Part shown: positions 46,976 through 56,577 of the stretch, in pieces
How the letters are laid out: the number at the start of each line of letters is the position of its first letter
How positions within the stretch are numbered: position 1 is the first letter of the stretch
NCBI GenBank assembly: GCA_963765495.1
Contig: CAVXWP010000007.1
Location: 736,001 to 800,000, forward strand
DNA length: 64,000 nt
Direction of reading: 5' to 3'
Origin: Blastocatellia bacterium
Lineage (GTDB): Bacteria > Acidobacteriota > Blastocatellia > UBA7656
The notes under the pieces: model-generated
The model's database searches: none
The model's input: the letters and a program-made list of their open reading frames with translations, nothing else
What the model was told of the DNA's origin: nothing
Made by a program: the position numbers and the translations under genes

Positions 46976-49381
46976 ATGACAGAGAATAAAACGTTGGAAT
47001 TACCGATATTACCGCTACGCAATACAGTGATATTTCCGTCCGGCATATCTCCACTGACCGTCGGACGACCGTTGTCGCTTGCCGCGGCCGAGGCGGCGCT
47101 CAATACGGAGGAGAAACTGCTCGGAGTGGTTGCGCAACGCGAGGATGGAGACGGAGAGCTTTCGCCGGCCAATCTTTATAAGATAGGCACGCTCGTTGTC
47201 ATAAACCGCATGATGCGCTCGCCGGGCGCTGAGAACGTCCTGCATCTGATCGTTCAGGGGCAGGAGCGCATACGAATAATAGGCTTTATCGAACAGGACC
47301 CTTACCTCAAGGCCACGGTCGAGATAATGCCGGAAGTGACCCGCGAAGAATCGCCCGAAGTCGAGGCGCTCCGCCGCAATATCAACGCGCTTGTGCAGAA
47401 GGCGCTCACGCTCCTGCCAAACGTGCCAAACGAGATAAGAAGCATAATTCTCGGGGCCGACGATTCGGTGCGGCTCTCCTATTTTCTGGCCTCGGTGCTT
47501 GAGCTTGAAACCGAGCAGGAGCAGGCCTTGCTCGAAGCCTCCACGGAGGGCGATTTGCTGCGGCTCATGCACACATACCTTGCCCGTGAAGTCGAGGTGC
47601 TCGATATTCGCAGCAAGATCGCCAATCAGGCGCAGGAAGAACTGGGCAAGACTCAGCGCGATTATATCCTGCGCGAGCAGATGAAGCAGATTCAAAAAGA
47701 GCTTGGCGAAACCGAACCCGAGCAGGCCGAAGCGGCCCTGATGCGCGAGCGCATAGAGAAGGCCGACCTGCCGGAAGACGTGCGCACCGAGGCCGAACGC
47801 GAATTGCGCAGGCTCGAACGCCTGCCCGCCGCCGCGCCAGATTATCACGTCATAAGAACCTATCTGGAATGGATACTCGATCTGCCGTGGAATGTGTCTA
47901 CCGAAGACACCCTCGATCTGAACCGCGCCCGCGAGGTGCTCGATGAAGACCACTATGATCTTGACGACATCAAGGAGCGGATACTCGAACACCTCGCCGT
48001 GATAAAACTCAACCCCGCGACAAAAGCACCGATCCTTTGTTTCGTAGGCCCGCCGGGCGTCGGCAAAACGAGTCTGGGGCAATCCGTTGCGCGATCTATG
48101 GGGCGCAAATTCGAACGCATGTCGCTTGGCGGCGTGCGCGACGAGGCCGAACTTCGCGGACATCGCCGGACTTACATCGGCGCTCTGCCCGGACGCATAG
48201 TTCAGGCGCTCAGGCGCGCGGGCGTCAACAACCCTGTGATGATGCTCGATGAAGTTGACAAGCTGGGAATGGATTTTCGTGGCGATCCCTCTTCGGCATT
48301 GCTTGAGATTCTGGACCCGGCTCAGAACTTCTCGTTCCGCGATCATTACCTCGACCTGCCGTTCGATCTGTCAAAGGTCTTCTTTATAGCGACGGCAAAC
48401 TCGCTGGCCCCGATACCTCCGGCCCTGCGCGACCGCATGGAGATCATAGGGCTTTCCGGCTACAGCGAAGAAGAGAAGCTTCACATCGCAAAGCGGTATC
48501 TGGTTCCGCGCCAGATAAAAGAATCTGGTCTCGGCGAAGAACAGCTTCACATCACCGATGAGGCGCTTCAGGCGCTGATCGCCCGTTACACTCGCGAGGC
48601 GGGCGTGCGGCAACTGGAGCGCACCGTTGGCCGTCTTGCCCGCAAGATCGCGCTCAAGGTCGCGCAGGAGAAGGGAGATGTGTTTACCATCACGCCTGAT
48701 GATCTTGAAGAGTATCTGGGGCACGAGAAGTTCTTCCACGAGATGGCGCGAGACATATTGCCGCCGGGCGTGGCTACCGGGCTTGCCGTGACCGATATGG
48801 GCGGCGAGGTGCTCTTTATCGAAGCCACGTTGCTGCCCGGCGCAAAGGGTCTGACGCTCACCGGGCAACTGGGCGAAGTGATGCAGGAATCGGCTAGAGC
48901 GGCTCACGCTTATCTCTGGTCGCACTCGAAAGAGCTTGGGTTCGACTGCATGCAATTTGACAAGAACGGCGTGCATCTGCACGTCCCGGCGGGCGCTATC
49001 CCGAAGGATGGTCCATCGGCAGGCGTAGCGATAGTCTCTGCGCTAGCCTCATTGTGCACGGGCCGCCCTGTCAGAAGCGATACGGCAATGACGGGCGAAA
49101 TCACTCTGAGCGGGCTGGTCTTTCCCGTAGGCGGAATCAAGGGCAAGGTGCTTGCCGCTCGCCGTGCAGGCATAAAACGTGTGATCCTGCCCAAGCGAAA
49201 CGAGCACGATCTGAAGGACATTCCCGAAGAGACCCTGCGCGACCTTGAGATACACTTCGTCGAGCGCATAAGTGATCTGTTGAAATTGACTCTCACCGAT
49301 GAAACACAGATGCCGAATCTGGTGAGCGGCGTGGAAGAGCCGGTTCCCGCCGGGAGCGAAGTCAGCTTCGACAGCCAATAA
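46976..49381 (+). CDS. lon: Lon protease
   Basis: LPLRNTVIFP; GPPGVGKTS; GHRRTYIGA; PKDGPSAG; GGIKGK. Confidence 0.97.
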   Translation: MTENKTLELPILPLRNTVIFPSGISPLTVGRPLSLAAAEAALNTEEKLLGVVAQREDGDGELSPANLYKIGTLVVINRMMRSPGAENVLHLIVQGQERIRIIGFIEQDPYLKATVEIMPEVTREESPEVEALRRNINALVQKALTLLPNVPNEIRSIILGADDSVRLSYFLASVLELETEQEQALLEASTEGDLLRLMHTYLAREVEVLDIRSKIANQAQEELGKTQRDYILREQMKQIQKELGETEPEQAEAALMRERIEKADLPEDVRTEAERELRRLERLPAAAPDYHVIRTYLEWILDLPWNVSTEDTLDLNRAREVLDEDHYDLDDIKERILEHLAVIKLNPATKAPILCFVGPPGVGKTSLGQSVARSMGRKFERMSLGGVRDEAELRGHRRTYIGALPGRIVQALRRAGVNNPVMMLDEVDKLGMDFRGDPSSALLEILDPAQNFSFRDHYLDLPFDLSKVFFIATANSLAPIPPALRDRMEIIGLSGYSEEEKLHIAKRYLVPRQIKESGLGEEQLHITDEALQALIARYTREAGVRQLERTVGRLARKIALKVAQEKGDVFTITPDDLEEYLGHEKFFHEMARDILPPGVATGLAVTDMGGEVLFIEATLLPGAKGLTLTGQLGEVMQESARAAHAYLWSHSKELGFDCMQFDKNGVHLHVPAGAIPKDGPSAGVAIVSALASLCTGRPVRSDTAMTGEITLSGLVFPVGGIKGKVLAARRAGIKRVILPKRNEHDLKDIPEETLRDLEIHFVERISDLLKLTLTDETQMPNLVSGVEEPVPAGSEVSFDSQ

Positions 49382-49404
49382 ACTTTGGGCAAGCTTTGAT
49401 TGAT

Positions 49405-49434
49405 TGTAGGGCAGCCCTTGTGGCTGCCCTTACA
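49405..49434. terminator. GTAG-type REP-like hairpin, likely bidirectional terminator
   Basis: TGTAGGGCAGCC-CTTGT-GGCTGCCCTTACA between convergent genes. Confidence 0.6.
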
Positions 49435-49444
49435 TTTGTATTGC

Positions 49445-51055
49445 TTATTCGACTGAAATGACTATGAGCGTGGCATCATCCTGGAAATGGCCGTCGCTGA
49501 AATCGGCGACGGCTGTCAGGATTTTATCTTGAAGCTCGGAGGCGCAAAGCTCTCTGTTTTTCAGGAGCAGGCTGATCAACCGATCCTCTCCAAACTCCTC
49601 ATCCTTTGAATTGATGGCCTCGGTCACGCCATCCGTATAAAGCATTATTCTGTCGCCTGAGCCCAGCTTTACTTCGGCCTGCTCATAAGTCCAGCCCGGC
49701 AGCGGCCCGAGCAGCGCGCCTCCCTCTTCAAGCCTCACGATTGACCCGTCGCGGCGAACCAGAATCGGCGCGTTGTGACCGGCATTTGTGTATACAAGCG
49801 ATCCCGCTTCGGAATCGAGCAGCGAATAAAAGAGAGTGATGAATCTATCCGAAGCCGTGTTGCTGCAAATGATTCGATTGACCTTTTCGCAAAGCTCGCG
49901 AGGCGCGGCCTCTGCCGATGCAAATGCCTTTACAGCGGCCTGTACGTTCGACATAAGCAGGGCAGCGGGCATGCCTTTGCCCGATACGTCTGCGACGGCA
50001 AGCGCCGCCTTTGTCTCGTTAAATTTCAGCACGTCATAATAATCTCCGCTCACGGAGCGCGCCGGAAGCCAGGAGCCCGAAATCTCGTATCCCCGGATTT
50101 GCGGAATGGTTCTGGGCAGCAACCCCTGCTGAATCTGACGGGCCTCTTGAAATTCCTGATCCTGTCCGCGCAATCGCAGGTTATCCATGCTGATGCCCAG
50201 CGCATCGCCTATCGCGGCCAGAAACTTCATGTCCTCTTCATCAAACGGTTCGTCGGTGATCTTGCTTCCCAGACTGATAAAGCCGAGCAACTCGCCTTTG
50301 AGCCTTATCGGAACAAGCATCTCGGCCAGGGCCCGCCGAAGCTTGTTCCTTTCATCTTCCGACAGATCGACCTCGCGCGCGTCAAAGATCGTCTCCATAT
50401 GTTTGAGCAGCAGGCACTCGGACGCGAATTTCAACCTGCCTACGATCTCGTCGGATAGCCCGACCGTTGAGGCGGCCTCGAATGCCTCGTTTGCGGTTGT
50501 GCGCGTAAAGACCACGACCGCGCGGCTTTGCAAGGCGCGCTGGATGTGCTCGGCAGCCATCTTGATCAGAACCTGTTGATCGGTGATTTCAAGCATCTCG
50601 CTTGAGAGCATCTTGCGCTCGGCCCTCAATCGCTGGCCCTTGCGCAGGGTCAGACCCTGTTCGATGTGCGTGCGTAGAATATTCAGGAGTCGAGCATTCT
50701 CCCACGGCTTTTGCACAAAGTCGCGCACGCCACGGCGCATAGCCTCTACGGCGAGATCAATCGTTCCCCACGCCGTCATGACTACTATGGGAAGAGAACT
50801 GTCGAGCGCCTGCACGCGGGAGAGCAGATCAAGCCCTTCCTGCCCCGATGTCGTATCGCGGGCATAATTTAGGTCCATAAGCAAAATATCGAAATGCCGC
50901 TCTTTCAACGCTTCAAGCACAGCCGAAGGCGAGGTTACGGTCTCGGTTTGAAACCCCTCGGATTTCAGCAGCAGATGAAGCGCCGCCAGCACATCCGGCT
51001 GGTCGTCGGCTATCAGTGTCCTCGGTCTAAAGAATTCGGTGCTGTTTACTGCCAT
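49445..51055 (-). CDS. Receiver - GAF - PP2C (SpoIIE/RsbU-like) phosphatase
   Basis: REC LIADD..MDLNYARDTTSG; GDYYD; ADVSGKG; YTDG; DDAT. Confidence 0.9.
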   Translation of the reverse strand: MAVNSTEFFRPRTLIADDQPDVLAALHLLLKSEGFQTETVTSPSAVLEALKERHFDILLMDLNYARDTTSGQEGLDLLSRVQALDSSLPIVVMTAWGTIDLAVEAMRRGVRDFVQKPWENARLLNILRTHIEQGLTLRKGQRLRAERKMLSSEMLEITDQQVLIKMAAEHIQRALQSRAVVVFTRTTANEAFEAASTVGLSDEIVGRLKFASECLLLKHMETIFDAREVDLSEDERNKLRRALAEMLVPIRLKGELLGFISLGSKITDEPFDEEDMKFLAAIGDALGISMDNLRLRGQDQEFQEARQIQQGLLPRTIPQIRGYEISGSWLPARSVSGDYYDVLKFNETKAALAVADVSGKGMPAALLMSNVQAAVKAFASAEAAPRELCEKVNRIICSNTASDRFITLFYSLLDSEAGSLVYTNAGHNAPILVRRDGSIVRLEEGGALLGPLPGWTYEQAEVKLGSGDRIMLYTDGVTEAINSKDEEFGEDRLISLLLKNRELCASELQDKILTAVADFSDGHFQDDATLIVISVE

Positions 51056-51074
51056 AGATTTGTTTCGCTTATCA

Positions 51075-51178
51075 GTGATGCGTGGTTCGTGATGCGTGAT
51101 CCGTGACTCTAATGCAATTAGCTGTTTACAGGTTCATCACTCGCCTCATAAATCACGCATCACGATTTACGCATCACG
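51075..51178. repeat. Family C cassette, copy 4 (reverse orientation)
   Basis: CGTGAT arms; core TGCAA..TTTACAGG. Confidence 0.85.
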
Positions 51179-51180
51179 AA

Positions 51181-51795
51181 CTAACCTCCCATCACAACCT
51201 GGATAGGGGCGCTCAATTTCAAGGTGCCCCAGGAGACCCAAAGCGTCGCTTCTTTGGTGTTTCCCTTTGGAGCCGAGAGCAGGATAGTCAGTTTCTCTTC
51301 TTTCTGATCGGATTTCTCAATCGCCATCGGGACTTTGAATTCGATTGGGGCGCTGTCGATCTCGAATGCGTCCTTGTGCGCGTTTCGCGCCTTGACCGGG
51401 TCGATGAAGGCCAGGCTCCACGTCTTTCCATCTTCCGATCTGTAGAGGCCGAGATAGTAGATGCCCGGCGCGATATCTTTTCCGCCGATCTTCAACGCAA
51501 TGTTGGTATCCAGCACGGTCCAGAAATTGTTCCCCATCCGCCACGTCTTGCCGTTCGTCATGGCGTCGAACTTGGCTGTGTCTTCATAAGCCGTCTTCCA
51601 GGCAGGGCGACCATAATTGACGGCGAATTCGCCTGCGGCTCCATTTTTCTGCTGATCCCAATAGAGTATCCGGGTCGAACCCCGCTCGTCGGGAGCAGGG
51701 CTGGTAAACTCTGCGATGGGAGATTTCGCCTCCTGAGCCAGAATCGTTGATGCCAGACAAAACAGTATTGCAAGTGCCAGACTTGTTTTCTTCAT
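51181..51795 (-). CDS. DUF2911-like exported protein
   Basis: Signal peptide; VNYGRP; WRMGNN.WT; GIYYL; E.LTI; W. Confidence 0.75.
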   Translation of the reverse strand: MKKTSLALAILFCLASTILAQEAKSPIAEFTSPAPDERGSTRILYWDQQKNGAAGEFAVNYGRPAWKTAYEDTAKFDAMTNGKTWRMGNNFWTVLDTNIALKIGGKDIAPGIYYLGLYRSEDGKTWSLAFIDPVKARNAHKDAFEIDSAPIEFKVPMAIEKSDQKEEKLTILLSAPKGNTKEATLWVSWGTLKLSAPIQVVMGG

Positions 51796-51840
51796 CTTCT
51801 TAATCCTTTCAGACGTGTATATCCCTGATCGGTTATTCGC

Positions 51841-52215
51841 TCAATGGGCCTTCCAGGTGAACCTGTAATTTCCAGTGGCGTTTTCCATAACGACTTCCAG
51901 GGTCCACACTCCGGCAAGCGGTTTCATCTCTCCCGTGTTGAGAGTGATATTGCCGCCAGTGCAATGCCCGTTTAGCCTCGCTTCGCCTTTCGGATCGCGC
52001 AGATACCATTCGACCGCGCCCGACCTCACCTTGCCTTTTACCTCTAACCGCGCGGTCATCATCGACTCCGCCACATCGAAAGTGTATTTCGCCGTATCGG
52101 TCTTATCCTGGAAACTATATGACTCTTCCTGATCGGCACGAGATTGCGAATAAACGCTCAAGGTTAATGCGCTCAACACCGCAAACAGGATAGCAGACTT
52201 ACAAACTCTTTTCAT
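51841..52215 (-). CDS. Small exported hypothetical protein
   Basis: Signal peptide from MKRVCKS; AGGAG RBS; LRDPKG motif. Confidence 0.7.
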   Translation of the reverse strand: MKRVCKSAILFAVLSALTLSVYSQSRADQEESYSFQDKTDTAKYTFDVAESMMTARLEVKGKVRSGAVEWYLRDPKGEARLNGHCTGGNITLNTGEMKPLAGVWTLEVVMENATGNYRFTWKAH

Positions 52216-52271
52216 GATGTTCTCCTGAGAGACTGGTTTTTGACCGAATGGCAATCTGTTGTCTGGCTCTT

Positions 52272-54686
52272 TCATTCATACCTGAGAGCTACCATCGGGT
52301 CTACTTTTGTTGCACGCCGCGCCGGGATATAACACGCCAAAAATGCTGCGAGAGCAAGGACCAGCGAGACGCCTGTAAATGTCAAAGGATCGGTCGCGCT
52401 CACGCCGAAAAGGAAGCTTGCCATCAGGCGGCTCAATAGAAGCGCGCCGCCGACCCCTATGACAAGACCGATCCCGGCCAGCACCATCCCCTGCCTCACG
52501 ACCAGTTTGACCACATCGCCTTTCTGAGCGCCCAGCGCCATGCGTATGCCTATTTCGTGCGTACGCTGGCTGACCGAGTAAGACATCACGCCGTAGATGC
52601 CCACGGCTGACAGGATCAATGCCACGGCGGCAAACAGGCTCAACAAAAGTGTGTTGAATCTGGGGCGGGCGACCGATTCGGAGAGTCGCTGATCCATAGT
52701 CTTGATCGAGGATACAGGCATATCTTTGTCGAGCGATTGAACCTGACTCCGCACGGCGGCTGCCATGTCGGACGGGCTGGCGGTCGTCCGCACAATCAGG
52801 CTGGTGCTTTGCCAGGGGGTCTGCGCGTATGGCGTATACATTTCAGGGCTTGGCTCGCTGTCGAGACCGGCGAATTTCACATCGCCTACGATGCCTACGA
52901 TCTCGCCTTTTGTGTCGTTGTACCCAATCGTCATGTGCTGGCCTATGGGGTCTTCATCGGGGAAAAATCGCTTCGCAAACGTATCGTTGATAATCATCGC
53001 GTTCGGCGCGCCCGTGACATCCTTTTCGGTGAAAGCGCGGCCCCGAAGCAGTGGGATTTTCATAGTCTGGAAATAATCGGTTCCCACCGTTCGCCACGCG
53101 GCAGAGGTTCGCTGCCCGGGAGAAGCGGGCGGGCGGCCTTCGACAGAAAACGAGAGGCTGAGATTCATCTGGCTGTAGGGCAGCGGGGTAATCAGCGTAG
53201 CCGATTCGACGCCGGGCAGTCCCCTTACCTTTTCGAGCAACTGATGAAAGTATGTTGTCTGGTTGATCATCTCCGGGTATTTGGAGTCGGGAAGTGAAAT
53301 GTCCATCGAGAGCAGGTTGTCCGGGCTGAACCCGGGTTTCGTGTGCTGCAATCTCAAAAAGCTCTTGATGAGCAGCCCCGACCCGATGAGCAGAATAAGC
53401 GCAAGAGCTATCTCGCACACGACAAACATGCTGAGCAATCGCTGGCGGCGAAAGCCTGCCGAACCGCCGCGCCCGCCGTCTTTCAGGGTTTCATTCAGAT
53501 CGGGTTTGGACGCCTGCAATGCAGGGGCAAGACCGAATATCAACCCCGTGAGCAGAGATATGCCGAATGTAAAGACGAGCACACGCCCGTCAAGCCTCAT
53601 CTCGCTTAACCGGGGGATGTCTTCGGGAATTATGGAGGTGAGAATGTCTACGCCCCACAGGGCGAGCAGCAGCCCTATCGAGCCACCAACCAGAGCCAGT
53701 ATCAGGCTTTCCGTGAGAAATTGCCTTATGAGCCGCAAGCGCCGGGCTCCGAGCGCGGTGCGAATCGCCACCTCTTTCTGCCGGGCGGCGGCGCGTGCGA
53801 GCATCAGGTTAGCGACGTTTGCGCAGGCTATCAAAAGCACGAGCCCTACAGCGCCCAGAAGCATCAGAAGCGCGGGCTTGACATCGCCCACGATCTCGCT
53901 GTGAAGAGGCGCTACAAACGACAGGTGGCCGGTGTTTGTATCCGGGTATTGCTGTTCGAGTCGTCCGGCAACCGTAGTCATATCCGACTGTGCCTGTTCG
54001 ATTGTGACGCCCGGTTTCAACCTCGCAAGAAGTCTCAGGAAATGGCCGCCGCGAGTCAGATTATCAGGTTTGAAACTGAGCGGAACCCAAACTTGCGGGT
54101 CTTCATTTTCAACTATGAAATGAAACCCGTCCGGCAGGACGCCCGCTACGGTGTAAGGCTCGCCGTCAATCGTAAGCGACCGGCCGATCACATTGCTGTC
54201 GCCGCCGAACTGGCTCTGCCAGAATCGGTAGTCGAGAATGACGACGCGATGATTGCCCTGTTTCTCTTCCTCGGGCGTAAAGGTTCGTCCGAGAAGAGGC
54301 TTGACTCCAAGCAACTCGAAAATATCGGGCGAAGCATTCACGCCCGTAACGCGCTCGGGGTCACCGCCCGTAGCGAGATTGTAATTACCATAGTTGAATG
54401 CGACGACGTGGCTGAATACCTGGTTTTGCGCTCTCCAATCGATGAAATCGAGCGGGGTGACGGTGCCCCGGAGGAAGCCCCTCTGCGGGCGGCTTTCATA
54501 GACCATGACAAGCTGATCGGGAGAGTCGAAGGGCAGAGGCCGAAGCAGTACGGAATTGACCACGCTGAAGATCGCGCTGTTTGCGCCGATTCCCAGTGCC
54601 AGGGCCAGCACCGCAATCAGGGTGAAGCCCGGTTTCTTTAAAAGCATCCTGATGCCGTAGCGAATATCTTGCATTAAATTATCCAT
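52272..54686 (-). CDS. ADOP/MacB-FtsX duplicated ABC permease
   Basis: QDIRYGIRMLLKKPGF..ALGIGANSAIFS; LLIACANVANL; EIGIRMALGA; DPMVALRYE. Confidence 0.93.
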   Translation of the reverse strand: MDNLMQDIRYGIRMLLKKPGFTLIAVLALALGIGANSAIFSVVNSVLLRPLPFDSPDQLVMVYESRPQRGFLRGTVTPLDFIDWRAQNQVFSHVVAFNYGNYNLATGGDPERVTGVNASPDIFELLGVKPLLGRTFTPEEEKQGNHRVVILDYRFWQSQFGGDSNVIGRSLTIDGEPYTVAGVLPDGFHFIVENEDPQVWVPLSFKPDNLTRGGHFLRLLARLKPGVTIEQAQSDMTTVAGRLEQQYPDTNTGHLSFVAPLHSEIVGDVKPALLMLLGAVGLVLLIACANVANLMLARAAARQKEVAIRTALGARRLRLIRQFLTESLILALVGGSIGLLLALWGVDILTSIIPEDIPRLSEMRLDGRVLVFTFGISLLTGLIFGLAPALQASKPDLNETLKDGGRGGSAGFRRQRLLSMFVVCEIALALILLIGSGLLIKSFLRLQHTKPGFSPDNLLSMDISLPDSKYPEMINQTTYFHQLLEKVRGLPGVESATLITPLPYSQMNLSLSFSVEGRPPASPGQRTSAAWRTVGTDYFQTMKIPLLRGRAFTEKDVTGAPNAMIINDTFAKRFFPDEDPIGQHMTIGYNDTKGEIVGIVGDVKFAGLDSEPSPEMYTPYAQTPWQSTSLIVRTTASPSDMAAAVRSQVQSLDKDMPVSSIKTMDQRLSESVARPRFNTLLLSLFAAVALILSAVGIYGVMSYSVSQRTHEIGIRMALGAQKGDVVKLVVRQGMVLAGIGLVIGVGGALLLSRLMASFLFGVSATDPLTFTGVSLVLALAAFLACYIPARRATKVDPMVALRYE

Positions 54687-54702
54687 AGCGTTCCTCAATT
54701 AG

Positions 54703-54718
54703 CCAAATGGCGTGCCAT
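54703..54718 (-). promoter_or_regulatory. Possible sigma54-like promoter of the ADOP operon
   Basis: Minus strand TGGCACG-CCAT-TTGG: perfect -24 element, imperfect -12. Confidence 0.35.
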
Positions 54719-54813
54719 TATAAAGCACCTGCTAAGTATATGAATTTTCGTGAATCGCCCTCAACAGCTTGTTCGTTTTTGGGAAAGTCCGTTGCCGGAA
54801 ATGACCATTCGCG

Positions 54814-54842
54814 TTGACAATAATGACCTGGTTCATTACTGT
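54814..54842 (+). promoter_or_regulatory. Promoter of the carboxylase operon with a palindromic operator
   Basis: TTGACA at 54814; near-palindrome TAATGACCTGGTTCATTA at 54821-54838. Confidence 0.55.
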
Positions 54843-54889
54843 CTCAAAAACCTGGAACACGGTCAACGAGCGTTGAAAGGCATATTGGG

Positions 54890-56488
54890 ATGCAACCGAT
54901 CAAATCGCACATCAATCCGCAATCGGATACCTACAGGGCCAACTATGACGCGAATCTCGAAAGCATTGCTCGGCTCAAATCGGAGCTTGCCCGTTCGACC
55001 GGAGGAGGCGGAGAGAAGTACATCAAGCGGCACCTGGCAAGAGGAAAACTCCTGCCTCGCGAGCGAATCGAGATGCTGCTTGATGAAGGCTCTTATTTTC
55101 TTGAGATCGCGCCGCTTGCGGGCATAGGCATGGAAAACGAATTCGTCGGCGCGGGCGTGGTCGGCGGCATCGGGCTCGTAAGCGGGCGCGAGTGCATCAT
55201 CATTGCCAACGAGGCTACCGTCAAAGGCGGGGCCGTGAGCGAAATAGGCCAGATCAAAAACCGCCGCCTTTCGGATATAGGATCGGAAAACCATCTGCCG
55301 GGCGTCTCGCTCGTGGAATCGGCGGGGGCAGACCTGCCCGTACAGAGCAAGATATTCGTACCCGGCGGCAGAGGTTTTCGCGAGATAACCCGCCGCTCGA
55401 AAGAGCGTATCCCAAGCATCTCGGTCGTGTTCGGAAATTCGACCGCTGGCGGGGCCTATCTGCCGGGAATGAGCGATTACGTCATCATGGTAAAGCGCCA
55501 GGCCCAGGTATTTCTGGGCGGGCCGCCTCTTGTCAAAATGGCTACGGGCGAGATCGTTGACGAAGAGACGCTTGGCGGTGCCGAGATGCATTCGCGTATT
55601 TCCGGCCTGTCCGATTACCTCGCCGAAGACGAACTTGACGCCATCAGGATGGCTCGCGACATCATAGATCACTTCGAATCAAAGCCGATGTCCGGTTTGG
55701 ACGCGGCGAGCGTGGAAGCGCCTCTTTACAGGGTGGATGAATTGTTGGGAATCGCATCGTCCGATGTTCGCGTGCCGTTTGAGGTGCGCGAAGTGATTGC
55801 CCGAATCGTTGACGGATCGAGATTCGACGAGTTCAAGGCAAATTACGGCACTACGCTTGTCACGGGGTTTGCCCGTATTCACGGCCATCGGGTCGGGATA
55901 CTCGGAAACAACGGCGTGTTGATTTCAGAGTCGGCAAACAAGGGCGCGCAGTTTATTCAGCTTTGCAATCAGCAAAACATTCCTTTGATCTTTCTGCAAA
56001 ACATCACGGGCTTTATGGTAGGCCGCGCCTATGAAGAACAGGGCATAATACGAAACGGGGCCAAGCTCATAAACGCCGTGTCGAATTCGACCGTGCCCGC
56101 GATCACCATAATGATAGGCAGTTCTTACGGGGCAGGGAATTATGCCATGTGCGGGCGCGCATACGAGCCGAGATTTCTTTTCACCTGGCCCAATCACCGC
56201 ATAGCCGTAATGGGGGCCGGGCAACTCTCGGGCGTTATGGAGATCATAAAACGCGAAGCCGCCGCCCGACAGGGCCTGCCCGTCGATGAGGCTCAAATGC
56301 TTGCGATGAAGAAACATCTCGAATACCAGATCGAAGGCGAATCCGATCCTTACTTTGCCACCGCGAGACTATGGGATGATGGGATAATTGATCCGCGCGA
56401 TACGCGCACCATCCTTGCGATCTGTCTATCTGCGGTTCGAAACCGTTCGGTCGAAGGCACTATGGAATGGGGCGTCTTCAGGCACTGA
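54890..56488 (+). CDS. Acyl-CoA carboxylase beta (carboxyltransferase; MccB/AtuC-like)
   Basis: [10 protein letters not shown]; [10 protein letters not shown]; LGGAEMH; [10 protein letters not shown]; [11 protein letters not shown]; LWDDG. Confidence 0.92.
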   Translation: MQPIKSHINPQSDTYRANYDANLESIARLKSELARSTGGGGEKYIKRHLARGKLLPRERIEMLLDEGSYFLEIAPLAGIGMENEFVGAGVVGGIGLVSGRECIIIANEATVKGGAVSEIGQIKNRRLSDIGSENHLPGVSLVESAGADLPVQSKIFVPGGRGFREITRRSKERIPSISVVFGNSTAGGAYLPGMSDYVIMVKRQAQVFLGGPPLVKMATGEIVDEETLGGAEMHSRISGLSDYLAEDELDAIRMARDIIDHFESKPMSGLDAASVEAPLYRVDELLGIASSDVRVPFEVREVIARIVDGSRFDEFKANYGTTLVTGFARIHGHRVGILGNNGVLISESANKGAQFIQLCNQQNIPLIFLQNITGFMVGRAYEEQGIIRNGAKLINAVSNSTVPAITIMIGSSYGAGNYAMCGRAYEPRFLFTWPNHRIAVMGAGQLSGVMEIIKREAAARQGLPVDEAQMLAMKKHLEYQIEGESDPYFATARLWDDGIIDPRDTRTILAICLSAVRNRSVEGTMEWGVFRH

Positions 56489-56490
56489 CA

Positions 56491-56573
56491 GTGATTCGTG
56501 ATTCGTGGCCTTCGGCAAAGTTTTTTTACAGGTCTATTGCCTGTCGTACGAATCACGAATCACGAATTACGAA
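56491..56573. repeat. Family C cassette, copy 5 (reverse orientation)
   Basis: GTGATTC / GAATCAC arms; core GCAAAG..TTTACAGG..CCTG. Confidence 0.8.
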
Positions 56574-56577
56574 CCAG

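Noticed and set aside
47015-48346. 443-aa antisense ORF over lon, and similar long shadow ORFs over dnaE, clpB, the ADOP genes and the carboxylases
   Set aside because: Fully overlaps well-supported genes and has no recognisable motifs; expected from GC-rich codon bias.
51103-51750. 215-aa plus-strand ORF opposite the DUF2911-like gene
   Set aside because: Starts inside a family C repeat and lies antisense to a gene with a signal peptide and family motifs.
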